Shown here piece after piece: positions 1 through 11,655 of a stretch of 64,000 bases of DNA. The notes under the pieces are model-generated. The model was given only the letters and a program-made list of their open reading frames with translations. It made no database searches and was not told the DNA's origin. The stretch is from Candidatus Hydrothermarchaeales archaeon (GTDB taxonomy: Archaea; Hydrothermarchaeota; Hydrothermarchaeia; Hydrothermarchaeales; JAZGAD01). The stretch covers positions 1 to 64,000 of the forward strand of contig JAZGAD010000015.1 in the NCBI GenBank assembly GCA_036444275.1, in the 5' to 3' direction. Both the position numbers and the translations under genes were made by a program. Within the stretch, counting starts at the first letter, position 1. Each line of letters opens with the position of its first letter.

Positions 1-722
1 TTTACCACATCTGCTGATTGCTTAACCACTTCGTTGGTATTCTTCATCTTCTCAATCGCTTCCTTCGCAGACTCGCCACCCTCTTCTGCAATCTTGTTAG
101 CACTCTCAGCCACCTCAGCAGCAGACAGTGCACTCGCCGATATACCCTGAGCCATATCCGCCATAGCCTTCATCTCCTGAGAAGCAAGATTCACCTGCTC
201 AACCTGCCTCTGAGCGCCACTGGCAATCTGCTGCACAGTAGAAGAAACCTCCTCTGTCGAGGCACTCACCTCCTCACTCGAAGCAGCCATCTGCTCTGAC
301 GTAGCAGAAACCGTCAAAACAGCACGTTGCACCTGAGACACAAGATCACTCAAGCTCTCAGTCATCGTATTAAAGGAATCCCCCATTCTTCCAACAGCAT
401 CCTCATGATTTTCCACTGCTATAGTTTGAGTTAGGTCCCCCTCAGCTGCCGCAGTAACCGCAGGTACTAAGCGACCCACAACCAACTCGCCGATATTCTT
501 CGAAAATGCCTTTGCGAAGTACAATGCCCCGCCGAACGCTATAGCCTCAGACAGGAGGAGCAAGTTCCTATTCAAAGAGCTTGGGATAAAGTACCATGTC
601 ACTGCCACTAACGCTAGTGTGAAAGGGCTGAAAAACATTAGAAAACTCAGGAACATCTGGAATTCCACTCCCCAGTTGAATATAGGGAGACTTTTATAAA
701 ATCTCCACCAAAAATCAGACAT
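1..722 (-). CDS. Methyl-accepting chemotaxis protein, 5' part (runs off window)
   Basis: Manually translated minus-strand frame MSDFWWRF..two TM segments..AAEGDLTQTI..FNTMTESL..SEQMAASSEEVSASTEEVSSTVQQIASGAQ: HAMP plus MCP signalling helices. Confidence 0.9.
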   Translation of the reverse strand, partial: MSDFWWRFYKSLPIFNWGVEFQMFLSFLMFFSPFTLALVAVTWYFIPSSLNRNLLLLSEAIAFGGALYFAKAFSKNIGELVVGRLVPAVTAAAEGDLTQTIAVENHEDAVGRMGDSFNTMTESLSDLVSQVQRAVLTVSATSEQMAASSEEVSASTEEVSSTVQQIASGAQRQVEQVNLASQEMKAMADMAQGISASALSAAEVAESANKIAEEGGESAKEAIEKMKNTNEVVKQSADVV

Positions 723-852
723 CCCTAACACCCCCTAACACTCTATCCATAAGTGAATTTGGATTAGTAGCACCTATAATAGTAAAGAAGCTAAGTAAGT
801 TATCCATACCCACATCTTCACTATGGGTTCCACTTTGAACTGAAGTGCTCAT
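715..852 (-). CDS. Putative 45-aa ORF overlapping the MCP start
   Basis: ATG at 852, stop overlaps MCP start (ATGTCTGA); no homology recognised. Confidence 0.35.
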   Translation of the reverse strand: MSTSVQSGTHSEDVGMDNLLSFFTIIGATNPNSLMDRVLGGVRDV

Positions 853-870
853 TTGACCCTTCCGATTCCG

Positions 871-895
871 AATTTACCGCTTTAAATGGTAAATT
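871..895. promoter_or_regulatory. Inverted repeat, candidate operator
   Basis: AATTTACC-N9-GGTAAATT in AT-rich divergent intergenic region. Confidence 0.4.
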
Positions 896-1023
896 ATTAA
901 ATTATAATTGAATTAAGTTAAATTAATGATATAGTAATATAGATATTTATATTTTTTGTGAGTGTTTTTGGATTTTTTAGGTTTTTTTGATAACAAATTT
1001 AATAATGTTTCATTCGCATAAGT

Positions 1024-2145
1024 ATGACTGTAATGTGGCTGAAGAAATCTGCCGTGCTTCTGTTCATCTTAGTCTTTTTATATCCCGGACTGGCACAACA
1101 AAACAAGCCCGGGATAATAGTTCTAGCGAATTCCATAGATTTTGCCCTAGCACCTGAATTCTTCGAATTCCTTGGGAACAAGGGCATGGAGGCTATACAT
1201 GTTACAGTTGATGAGTTCGAGGAATACACGGGAGAAAAATTCATCGTAATCCTAGGAGGGCCAGATGCATATGAAGGGGTCGGAAGCATAGTTCGACAGG
1301 TGCTCTCCAAAGAGGAACAATCCTTTCTCAGGACTAGAGGCAACAAAGGGAAGTATATCAAGACCAACCATTGGGTTCAAGGGCAAGTTGTCTTCGTAAT
1401 AGCTGGCTCGGGCAGGGATCTCACTCAAGTCACCCATCTCGAGAACAAAGAGCGGCTAAGAAAAAAGATCATAGATGTAACAAACATGGAGGGCGAGGAT
1501 TCCTCGTCAAGAAAGGCGAGAGAATACATGGTGAAGCACCACCTTGAGGCAAGGGATATTACAGATGCAAAAGTACTAGCAGTGTTGGGTAAGGTGCAGA
1601 GGCAGAGATTCGTAAGCGAACATCTTCAAAAGAATGTCTACAATGACAATCCCCTGCCCATAGCAGAGGGGCAGACGATTTCCCAGCCTTATGTTGTAGC
1701 CTTGATGACCCAGTCACTGAAGTTAAACGGCACAGAGAAGGTGTTAGAGATAGGCACAGGCTCTGGATATCAAGCAGCAATCTTAGCAGAGATCGCGAAT
1801 GAGGTATACACGATAGAAATCCGTGAACAGCTGGCTGCGAGCGCTAAAGAAAGGCTGGATGAGCTAGGGTACTACAATGTGGAAGTGGAATATGCTGATG
1901 GATATTTCGGCTGGGAGGAGCACGCGCCCTTCGATGCGATAATGATAACGGCAGCTGTTAATCACATACCCCCTCCGTTGATCGAACAGCTGAAAGATGA
2001 AGGCATACTTATACTGCCCCTCGGGCCCACGACGTACTATCAGACTCTTACATTGATAGAAAAAAAGGACGGGGAATTAAGAGCAGAGCACATCACAGGT
2101 GTAAGGTTTGTACCTATGACCGGAGAGGCGCAGAAGGGGGGTTGA
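1024..2145 (+). CDS. pcm: Signal peptide + S-layer-C-like domain fused to protein-L-isoaspartate O-methyltransferase
   Basis: C-half has [39 protein letters not shown]; N-terminus is hydrophobic and followed by an ILGGPDA..VIAGSGR domain. Confidence 0.9.
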   Translation: MTVMWLKKSAVLLFILVFLYPGLAQQNKPGIIVLANSIDFALAPEFFEFLGNKGMEAIHVTVDEFEEYTGEKFIVILGGPDAYEGVGSIVRQVLSKEEQSFLRTRGNKGKYIKTNHWVQGQVVFVIAGSGRDLTQVTHLENKERLRKKIIDVTNMEGEDSSSRKAREYMVKHHLEARDITDAKVLAVLGKVQRQRFVSEHLQKNVYNDNPLPIAEGQTISQPYVVALMTQSLKLNGTEKVLEIGTGSGYQAAILAEIANEVYTIEIREQLAASAKERLDELGYYNVEVEYADGYFGWEEHAPFDAIMITAAVNHIPPPLIEQLKDEGILILPLGPTTYYQTLTLIEKKDGELRAEHITGVRFVPMTGEAQKGG

Positions 2146-2279
2146 CGCTACGCTTCTTCCTTTTTCACCGAAACCACGGAATCTCTCTTTCATTTTTTTC
2201 TTTCTTTGACTTCTAGCTATCATAAATTGATATTCTCTTCTCTAGCGACACCCCCAACCGCCTAAAACAAGGCCACTGC

Positions 2280-2978
2280 CTAATTCTCTAGTAACTTTCT
2301 AGCAATCTTCACAAGCTCTTGGGAAACAATGCTCTCAGGGTATTTCACCACAATAGGTTTCCCCTTTAGAAGGCACTCTCCCACCTTTTCGTCTAGAGGG
2401 AGTATTGCTAAAGCGGGTATACCCATATAAGCCTCTATCTCATCCGCCATCCAACTCATACCAGTTAGTGCCTTGTTGACTATGATTCCCCGGAGTCCCC
2501 GATTCATGCCTTGAGCTACCCTTTTTATTTTCAGGGCAGTCATTATTGTATGAGAGGCGGTAGTACTCACCAATACTGCTGCGTCCGCAGGCCTAAGCCC
2601 TGTAGCCCATTCCTCCTCTGTTCTGCCTGGACCGTCCACGAGTACTGTTGCATAGTCCTTGCCAAGATCTCTTATTAGGTCGCTGAATTTGAACAAGTCT
2701 TCGTCTTTGTCCCTAAACTCCATCTTGCCGGAGAGGATGCTCAGATTCGGATAGGCTCCGTCTATTATTGCTTCTTCTACGTTATTCTCGCCGTCCAGTG
2801 TCTCGCCAAAGTCATCGAGGGTAGGGATTACTCCCAAGATATCATGTACCCTTGGAGCTTCAAGATTCCCATCCACCAAAAGAGTTTTCTCCCCCAGTTG
2901 GGACAACGCGACAGCAAGGTTGCAGGAGATCATACTAGCTCCTGCACCTTCCCAACTCGGGAGAATAGTGAGAATCAC
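2280..2978 (-). CDS. MinD/ParA-family protein with degenerate Walker A
   Basis: NLAVALSQLGEKTLLVDGNL, GIIVNK, ILPLDEKV..KPIVVKYPES; P-loop reads PSWEGAGAS. Confidence 0.8.
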   Translation of the reverse strand: MILTILPSWEGAGASMISCNLAVALSQLGEKTLLVDGNLEAPRVHDILGVIPTLDDFGETLDGENNVEEAIIDGAYPNLSILSGKMEFRDKDEDLFKFSDLIRDLGKDYATVLVDGPGRTEEEWATGLRPADAAVLVSTTASHTIMTALKIKRVAQGMNRGLRGIIVNKALTGMSWMADEIEAYMGIPALAILPLDEKVGECLLKGKPIVVKYPESIVSQELVKIARKLLEN

Positions 2979-3129
2979 CCTAGATGCCTCCTTCCGGAGT
3001 CTGGTATGATAATCCAGTATAAATATCCTTTGATTTGCATTGTGAAAATAGGGATAACCGTACTGTACATCGAAGAATGCTTAGCATATTAACATTGACT
3101 AAAAATTGCACGTAAGTAGGTCTGGGGAT

Positions 3130-5511
3130 TTATTTCCACAGTTTAAGAACCATTAGCAATCCAAATAAGTATACTATACCTGCTAATCCTAGAACAAATG
3201 AGAAGCCAAGAGAAAGAGCAATCATCACAGCTGAAATTGCGCTCAGAACAGAGGCGCAACCGTTGACCGCCCATGCCCATGGCACAAGATATGGGTCCAC
3301 TTTATTGGCAAGCCTTATCCCAAGAGGGAACGGCATACCCATGACAAAGCCAAGTGGTGCTATAAACGCTAAGGATACTAAGTGGCGCAGGAAAAAATCG
3401 CCACCAAGGAAGATGTGGAAGAGCCTCGGTAGGAATGCTAGATACAACAAGACCAAGACGCTGAGGATAGGTATTATCGTCTTCAACACTCGCACATTGA
3501 ACCTGCCGGTAAATAGGCTTCCAATACCAGAGCATACGAGAAGGGCGAATAAAACAGTGGAGACAGCATAAACCGGGTGCCCCAAGAAGAGTATGAATTT
3601 CTGTATCAGGGCTATCTCTATGAACATGTATCCTATTCCCAGGCACATGAAATACGTTAAGATCCTCCATTTTTCTGGGATTGATTTTTTGATTCTCTTA
3701 AACCTATACACCGGGAGAAATATAAAGACCAAGGATAGCACGAGGGCTTGGACGAAGATAACTGGCACTAGATATCCGCCCTCAACAAAAGGCTGCCACT
3801 TCTCGCCCATGCTCCTGTAGAGGGGCATGATCTTATCCAATTTAAAGAAATGAAAGAAGAAGGGCCTCTCATCTGTAACTGGAGAGACATCGAAGAGGTA
3901 GTCCTTGTAAAACCTCGGCCTATTGGATATAAGTCTCTGGATGACTTGGTAGTAATAGGGCTCTGGAAATCTATTGTAAATATTGACTTGCTGAGCGCTT
4001 ATCCCAGGAAAATAAACCATGTCGAACTTTCGTATCCTGCAGAAGTCCTCTATAGTTTCTATATCACCTGGGCTAAATCCATTCTTTTTAACGAGAATGG
4101 TAATAGTGCCCCAACTCCTAATTACTGCGATGTGCTCCTCTGCATCATCTACGCCTTTCTTTTCCAATGCTGAAAGAGCAAGCGAAACCATGCGCAGGCC
4201 CTCCCTAGGAGGAGGTAAAAGCCATCTGGTAACGCTGAGTACACCCTCTTCTGAGAGATGTGAATAGTAATCCTCAAAGGCTTCTGTAGTATAGAGATAG
4301 TTCTCTGTCAGTGCATACATGCCAGTTGAAGAGGCAGGTGCACCGCCGGTAAGGGCAAGCTGGATGACGTCGTAGCGCTCGTTGCTCCTTCTGACAAAGC
4401 TTCTGCCTTCCTCGATTACCACCTCGACCTTTTCATCCTCGTATACAGTTGAGAATTCGGATCTTTCCTTCACTACGTCAATTATGAGGGGGTTGAGTTC
4501 GGTTGCAGTTACAGACCCGGCTCCATTGAACAAGGCAGCCAAGACCTCTAGACCCCCACCGCTGTTGATGACCAGCACGCTCTGATTCTTTTTGAATTGG
4601 TAAGCTATAGAACCCGGGAGATAATTGAGAAATTCAAGGTCTTCATGTCTTGTGATAGCACTCAAGGCATCACCATCCACTGTTACTCCCAGCTGCGGAG
4701 GAATTTCTCCAGAATATTCGTAGCTCAAGCCAGGAGCATACCTCACGTAGGGGCTTTTCACAACATCCACTCGGGAGAGGGCATTCCAGCCTGTAAAGAG
4801 CAACTCAGAGCCAGGGTAGCGAAGAGCTACGCTCAGGCTCTTGTAGGGGGAGATGTTTATTTGGAGAAATCCAGGCGGGCTGTAGAGCAAAACAGCAAGA
4901 ACAAGCGTCCATATGACTGAACCATAGATGCTCTTTCTGGATATGTTTAGAGTGAAAAGAAAAGAAGAAAATGCACCGAGAAGAGCGCTGATTATGATAA
5001 CGCCGCTCCCTGAAAAAGGTGCAAATAGTGCAAGGACTAATAGGGCGCCTATCCCTGCTCCAATGAGGTCTGCGAAGTAGAGTCTGTTCACCTTCTCAGG
5101 CATCTTCGATAAGACGCTACCTATGCACAGCCCTGAGAAAAAGAATGGAATCGCTAGCAAGAGGTAGTAGAGAAGTATGTACAAAAGCTGCATTCTATCC
5201 CAGGAGAGACGGAAGGGATCGAAGGGAATCTGATTTGTAACGATAAACGTCAGGATAACGCTCACAGAGAAAAGCCCAGAGGATACAGCTAGTGTTTCAT
5301 TGATGTCTCGCTTAAGTATGGATGGAAATACAGCCAAAAACGTGCCGCTCGCCCCTATGCCGAACAAGGCTATGCTCACCACCATGAAGGCGAAGTGATA
5401 CCACTGGGAAACCGAGAAAAGCCTTATTAGAGAGATCTCCAAGATCAGCGCTGCCGTGGAAATCGTGAATACGCCCAAGTATATCGGGAGGTGTCTTCTA
5501 GCATGATTCAT
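3130..5511 (-). CDS. Multi-TM membrane protein with central spermidine-synthase-like SAM-binding domain
   Basis: VLVINSGGG, ELNP, EGRSFV, YDVIQL, ENYLYT flanked by N- and C-terminal TM bundles. Confidence 0.8.
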   Translation of the reverse strand: MNHARRHLPIYLGVFTISTAALILEISLIRLFSVSQWYHFAFMVVSIALFGIGASGTFLAVFPSILKRDINETLAVSSGLFSVSVILTFIVTNQIPFDPFRLSWDRMQLLYILLYYLLLAIPFFFSGLCIGSVLSKMPEKVNRLYFADLIGAGIGALLVLALFAPFSGSGVIIISALLGAFSSFLFTLNISRKSIYGSVIWTLVLAVLLYSPPGFLQINISPYKSLSVALRYPGSELLFTGWNALSRVDVVKSPYVRYAPGLSYEYSGEIPPQLGVTVDGDALSAITRHEDLEFLNYLPGSIAYQFKKNQSVLVINSGGGLEVLAALFNGAGSVTATELNPLIIDVVKERSEFSTVYEDEKVEVVIEEGRSFVRRSNERYDVIQLALTGGAPASSTGMYALTENYLYTTEAFEDYYSHLSEEGVLSVTRWLLPPPREGLRMVSLALSALEKKGVDDAEEHIAVIRSWGTITILVKKNGFSPGDIETIEDFCRIRKFDMVYFPGISAQQVNIYNRFPEPYYYQVIQRLISNRPRFYKDYLFDVSPVTDERPFFFHFFKLDKIMPLYRSMGEKWQPFVEGGYLVPVIFVQALVLSLVFIFLPVYRFKRIKKSIPEKWRILTYFMCLGIGYMFIEIALIQKFILFLGHPVYAVSTVLFALLVCSGIGSLFTGRFNVRVLKTIIPILSVLVLLYLAFLPRLFHIFLGGDFFLRHLVSLAFIAPLGFVMGMPFPLGIRLANKVDPYLVPWAWAVNGCASVLSAISAVMIALSLGFSFVLGLAGIVYLFGLLMVLKLWK

Positions 5512-5532
5512 TTCTCGCCTCTTTTCAGCAGG

Positions 5533-6910
<1,378 letters not shown>

Positions 6911-7032
6911 AAGAGAGTCAAACCCATTTTTATCGGTAAAAAATCGGAAGAGTTTTTTGTTGGCGGGACACGCAGAAATACTATATAACTTTGACAAAAA
7001 GATTTATATATTGCCATACCTATATAGGACTC

Positions 7033-7836
7033 ATGCCTTTGGAAGTTCCCCAAATGGTCCTAGATTATGTCGAAGGGAAGAACTTTGTAACGGTAGAGGA
7101 CCTGTTGGAGAGATTCGGATTCAAGAGGGTGACAGCCTACAACTATCTCAGCCGACTCAAGAAAAAGGGCATCGTATCTAGAGTGGGTTACGGCAGATAC
7201 AGGGTCGGTACGTACAAGCCGACACCGTCTTCCATGGTCACGAGGGTGAAGCGGATAGTGGATATCGTAAGAGAAAAGATGCCTTTCATCGAGTTCAGTA
7301 TATGGAGCATTGGGAACCTAGCCGAGTTCTCCCACTATGCTATTGGAAAAGATGTGGCCTTCATCGAGGCGGATAAGCGCACTTCGAGGAAGATAAGGGA
7401 CGTTCTCCTGGAGAAGAACATTCATTCCCTCGTGGAGCCATCAAGGGGAGAGTTGGGGGATATTTTCAGCCTCTTGGAGGAGCCGTTAATCATCTTCCAG
7501 CGGAGAGAAGCTTACGCCACTATTAAAAAGGACAGAGTGAGGATACCCCTCTTGGAGAGGATGATGGTGGACCTTTATTTCTATATCACTCGCCTTGGAT
7601 TCCCCTACCCTCCGGACGAGTACGGGCGGATGTTCTACAACATCCTCAAAGCCAGGACACTTAACTTTGACATGCTCAGGAAGTATGCATCTAGGAGGTC
7701 CGTGAGGGAAGAGATGACCAGCCTTTTATCCAGGATGCGGGAAAAGTATCCCGAACTGTCGATCCCGGAGTTGGGGGAAAGAGCCCTTGAAGTGGAGACG
7801 ATTCTGGAGGAGATAGTAAGGGGGGCTTCGCTGTGA
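7033..7836 (+). CDS. AbiEi-like type IV antitoxin (wHTH)
   Basis: N-terminal wHTH (LSRLKKKGIVSRVGYGRY), LERMMVDL; overlaps downstream NTase gene. Confidence 0.7.
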   Translation: MPLEVPQMVLDYVEGKNFVTVEDLLERFGFKRVTAYNYLSRLKKKGIVSRVGYGRYRVGTYKPTPSSMVTRVKRIVDIVREKMPFIEFSIWSIGNLAEFSHYAIGKDVAFIEADKRTSRKIRDVLLEKNIHSLVEPSRGELGDIFSLLEEPLIIFQRREAYATIKKDRVRIPLLERMMVDLYFYITRLGFPYPPDEYGRMFYNILKARTLNFDMLRKYASRRSVREEMTSLLSRMREKYPELSIPELGERALEVETILEEIVRGASL

Positions 7837-9038
7837 GGGAGTTCATTCAGAAGTATGGCGAGGAGCTCTGTGGAAAATTAGAGTTTTTTCTAGAAGAGAC
7901 TCTTCGTGGGCACGTCGAGAAAAAGAGAGCCTCAAACCTCACCAACCTCCTTAAAGCTGTCCACGTCCTAGAGTACCTTGGTCAGTTGCGGAGAGAGGGT
8001 TTGGATCCCCTCTTCAAGGGTGGTTCCGCAGTGCAACTGCTTCTACCTAATGGCTGGCAGCGGCTCAGCATAGACTTGGATTTAGCCATGGAAGTCTCTA
8101 GAGACGAGGTCGAGGAGGCATTGAGAGGAATCCATGAGAGATTCGGCAGTGAGTATTATTCCTACGAACCAAGGGAGGGCAAGCTTGAATCAGGGGTGCC
8201 CTTCTACAACTACCGAATTACCGTTCCCACTTTCGGTGGTGAAGCTATTATTTTGCTAGACATAATGCTGGTGGACCTGGGATACGAAAGACAGAGGAAG
8301 GCACTGCGCAGCTTCTTCTACGAATCCGAAGTCGAGGTCGAGACACCTACCATGGATGCTATTCTTGGGGATAAGCTGTCCACCCTGGGGCCAGACACCA
8401 TAGGCAGATATCTGCGGGACAGTAGAAATGGGCTGGAGTACGTGAAGCACCTCTACGACATCAAACAACTCCTACCGCACGTGAAAGACCTGAACAAGAC
8501 ATTTGCGGCTTACAGGGAGAGCTATGAACTCCAATTGAGGATAAGGAATATCAAGTTGGATTTGGACGCTAGCCTAAAGGATCTAATCCATGTCTGCAAG
8601 TTTCTAACCCTGACCAAGGACACGGCAGTAGAGCAGACTTCTTTGCTGGGTGGAGAGGGCGCCAAGACCTTGGAGTACTTTAGGATATGCAACAGGGGAT
8701 TGGCTAGGTTTCAGCCCTTCTTGACCCTTGACAATGTCTTCACTTGGGAGAACGTTCGTGAGACGGCGGCAGTCATCGCCTTTGCTGCAAAACTGATGGA
8801 ACAAGGAAGGATGGGAAAGATTGGTGGAGAAGCGACTGATCTGCTTAGATCTGCCATGGAAGGGGCACTGCGCATAGCTCAAGACGAGGCAGTGGTCGAT
8901 AAGATGATAGAAGAAATCGCTTCTCAACCCGCAGAAGAGAGATGGCACATAAACAGCAACGAGATCAAGGAGAGCCCGCTATTGACCGTCTTTTGGTACG
9001 GCTATTGGAGCCCTGAAAGATTTGCGGAGTACCTCTGA
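7833..9038 (+). CDS. AbiEii/AbiGii nucleotidyltransferase toxin
   Basis: FKGGSA, RLSIDLD, DKL, KHLYD motifs. Confidence 0.85.
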   Translation: MREFIQKYGEELCGKLEFFLEETLRGHVEKKRASNLTNLLKAVHVLEYLGQLRREGLDPLFKGGSAVQLLLPNGWQRLSIDLDLAMEVSRDEVEEALRGIHERFGSEYYSYEPREGKLESGVPFYNYRITVPTFGGEAIILLDIMLVDLGYERQRKALRSFFYESEVEVETPTMDAILGDKLSTLGPDTIGRYLRDSRNGLEYVKHLYDIKQLLPHVKDLNKTFAAYRESYELQLRIRNIKLDLDASLKDLIHVCKFLTLTKDTAVEQTSLLGGEGAKTLEYFRICNRGLARFQPFLTLDNVFTWENVRETAAVIAFAAKLMEQGRMGKIGGEATDLLRSAMEGALRIAQDEAVVDKMIEEIASQPAEERWHINSNEIKESPLLTVFWYGYWSPERFAEYL

Positions 9039-9133
9039 GGATGTTATATGCTAGAGGTGCATAGCTAATAACCCTTGTCTTGAGCGGCGGGCACGAACGT
9101 CAAGACCCTTAGGATAGTGGAAGAAAGCCGCAA

Positions 9134-9246
9134 CGACTTCGCCATGTCGTAGCGCGCGAATGTAGTGTCCACGATACCGATGCGCTTCATGTGGCAAGTT
9201 TAAATAATTTGAACTATAAATCTCTTCCAACAATGATCTCAGCTAG
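9134..9246. repeat. Right copy of direct repeat; contains orphan ribC 5' fragment
   Basis: 113-bp near-identical match to 6759-6871. Confidence 0.9.
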
Positions 9247-10390
9247 GATAGAAAGGATCAAGCCTTCTGCAACACTGCAGATAACCGCTAGAGCAAAGGC
9301 ATTGAGAGTAGCGGGTAAAGATGTTATAAGCCTTGGTGCCGGAGAACCGGATTTCGATACGCCTGAGCATATTAAAAAAGCCCTTTACAATGCAGTAGAA
9401 GAGGGATTCATCTACTACACACCTACTACAGGTATCCCTGAGTTGAAGCGCGCAATCGCCGAGAAGCTTGAGATGGAGAACAGCATACCCTGCTCTGAGA
9501 GCGAGGTAATCGTCACGCCTGGAGCGAAGCAGGCGCTATATGAAGCCGTGCTGGCGATAACTGAACAGGGAGATGAGATTCTATGCCCTGACCCTGGGTG
9601 GGTATCCTATGAGCCTATGGTTCTTCTCGCTGACGGCAAGCCAGTGTTCGTGTCAACAAAAGATAATGGATTTACGCTTCGAGCAGAAAGCATACAAGAG
9701 AAGATTACTGATAAGACAAAAGGGATAATCATAAATTCTCCAAGTAATCCAACCGGAGCAGTCCTCGATAGAGAGGGATTAAAGGGAATAGCCGAGCTAT
9801 GCATCGATCATGACTTGGTAGCGATCTCTGACGAGATATATGAGAAGGTAATATATAACGGTGAGCATGTTAGCATAGCATCTTTCCCGGGGATGAATGA
9901 GCGCACCATAACTGTGAACGGTTTCTCAAAGGCCTATTCCATGACGGGTTGGCGTCTAGGATATGCAGCAGCGCCTGAAGAGATAATCCAGGCCATGAAT
10001 CGGGTGCAGGCGCATTCAGTCTCCTGTCCTACATCCTTTGTTCAGAAGGCAGGCGTAGTAGCTCTTACCTCATCTCAAGATGCTGTGTCCAAGATGGTGG
10101 GGGAATTTAAGAAGAGGAGGAATGCCTTGATGGAACTGCTAAACGAGATCGATGGAGTTAGTTGCATTATGCCCAAGGGTGCTTTCTATGCTTTTCCAGA
10201 TTTTTCTAAATATGGCAATTCATTTGAACTCGCTAATTTCCTGCTGGAGGAAGCTGGAGTAGCTGTAATTCCAGGCGCTGCTTTTGGTGCGCAGGGTGAA
10301 GGCTTCCAGAGGATTTCCTATGCAACAAGCATGGACGATATCACTAGGGCTATAAATAGGGTGAAAAGAGCCCTAGAAAAACGGGGGTGA
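9233..10390 (+). CDS. aspC: Class I PLP-dependent (aspartate) aminotransferase
   Basis: GEPDFDTP, NSPSNPTG, SDEIY, GFSKAYSMTGWRLG. Confidence 0.9.
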   Translation: MISARIERIKPSATLQITARAKALRVAGKDVISLGAGEPDFDTPEHIKKALYNAVEEGFIYYTPTTGIPELKRAIAEKLEMENSIPCSESEVIVTPGAKQALYEAVLAITEQGDEILCPDPGWVSYEPMVLLADGKPVFVSTKDNGFTLRAESIQEKITDKTKGIIINSPSNPTGAVLDREGLKGIAELCIDHDLVAISDEIYEKVIYNGEHVSIASFPGMNERTITVNGFSKAYSMTGWRLGYAAAPEEIIQAMNRVQAHSVSCPTSFVQKAGVVALTSSQDAVSKMVGEFKKRRNALMELLNEIDGVSCIMPKGAFYAFPDFSKYGNSFELANFLLEEAGVAVIPGAAFGAQGEGFQRISYATSMDDITRAINRVKRALEKRG

Positions 10391-10394
10391 AAAG

Positions 10395-10844
10395 ATGGCT
10401 GTTGATGTGGATGTCGCGGTAATATCCGGAAGCAAGTCAGACGCTGACTTGATGAAGAAAGTGGAAGACGTTTTAAGGGAGTTCGGTGTGAGCTATAAGT
10501 GTTACGTCGCCTCTGCCCATCGTGATCCTGATAAGCTACAGGGTATAGTTCGAGGTTCTGACGCAAAGGTATTCATCGGCATAGCTGGTCTGAGCGCAGC
10601 CCTTCCAGGTGCGATAGCTGCTAATACGATAAAGCCTGTCATCGGGTTGCCCAAAGATGTAAAGCTTGAAGGTTTGGACTCATTGCTTTCCATGATGCAG
10701 ATGCCACCTGGGGTACCGGTAGCCACCGTAGGCGTGGATAACGCTAAAAACGCTGCGTTGCTGGCCGTGGAGATCCTGGCGCTGGGAGATGAAAGGCTCG
10801 GAAAGGCCCTGGTAGAGTACAAGGCAAAAGCAAAGGCCAAATAA
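10395..10844 (+). CDS. purE: N5-CAIR mutase / AIR carboxylase
   Basis: GSKSD, SAHR, AGLSAALPG, QMPPGVPVATV. Confidence 0.95.
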   Translation: MAVDVDVAVISGSKSDADLMKKVEDVLREFGVSYKCYVASAHRDPDKLQGIVRGSDAKVFIGIAGLSAALPGAIAANTIKPVIGLPKDVKLEGLDSLLSMMQMPPGVPVATVGVDNAKNAALLAVEILALGDERLGKALVEYKAKAKAK

Positions 10845-10892
10845 CTCTTGTAAGGGTTGGGGGGTGGAATTTCAACGGTGCCAGATTAGGAA

Positions 10893-11552
10893 TCACCCAA
10901 AAATTGCTTTATACACTTCCCCCATCGTAAGTCTTAATCCTTGTCTCCAGGCGTCTTCCCACCTTTTTGTCTTATCAACCCATCCCTGTTTTGATGTGTC
11001 TGGTGGAATATCATCCCAAACAGGTTTACCGGGGTAATTAATGGCAATGTCCCCATTTACATACTTTTTATTTGCTTCATCCCACTCTGCCTGTTTGAAC
11101 TGCATCGCATTTCTGTATCCCAATCTCATCAATGTCAACAGTCTATTTCTCCCACCTCCTATAGCCAGACATTTTGCTTCTGGAAGGTAATGGATTCGGA
11201 TGGGGCCCTCTTTGACAAACTCTGAAAAACATTTTCTTTCATATAAACGAAAGTTTGTAATCCAGGGAATTTTTCCATCTGGTTTCTCAAAGTCCCATTT
11301 CAAAGAACGCAGATCCGTAATTTCATCACTCCCGTGTTGATCAAGATGCTGACCCATCGGGAAAAGGGTTACCTCCTGCCCGTCTGTCGTAAATTTAAAC
11401 ACGTCGCTTCCGGGCAATCCGCTTTTTAAAGCCAGAGCTTTAAACAAATTGTATTCGGGATACTTTTTATTGCAATACGCCCCATGAATAATTCTGGAAA
11501 GGTATCCGATTTTTAGTTTTTCGATGATGATGTTGAATGGTTTCCAGTTCAT
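10893..11552 (-). CDS. Hypothetical protein, possible ParB/Srx-like fold
   Basis: Long AT-rich ORF; PIRI...IGGGRNRL resembles the ParB-like PIxV..DGHHR motif. Confidence 0.55.
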   Translation of the reverse strand: MNWKPFNIIIEKLKIGYLSRIIHGAYCNKKYPEYNLFKALALKSGLPGSDVFKFTTDGQEVTLFPMGQHLDQHGSDEITDLRSLKWDFEKPDGKIPWITNFRLYERKCFSEFVKEGPIRIHYLPEAKCLAIGGGRNRLLTLMRLGYRNAMQFKQAEWDEANKKYVNGDIAINYPGKPVWDDIPPDTSKQGWVDKTKRWEDAWRQGLRLTMGEVYKAIFG

Positions 11553-11655
11553 AGGGATGACCTCCAGTTTGATAATAAAGCCACGAAACTTTTCAGAGAG
11601 GTACTTGGCACGTTATTTTTTATGCCATTTCGTGAAGTTTTGCGGCTAAAATCGC

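Noticed and set aside
18-299. Plus-strand 93-aa ORF and the many other short antisense ORFs in the track
   Set aside because: Shadows of well-supported genes on the opposite strand
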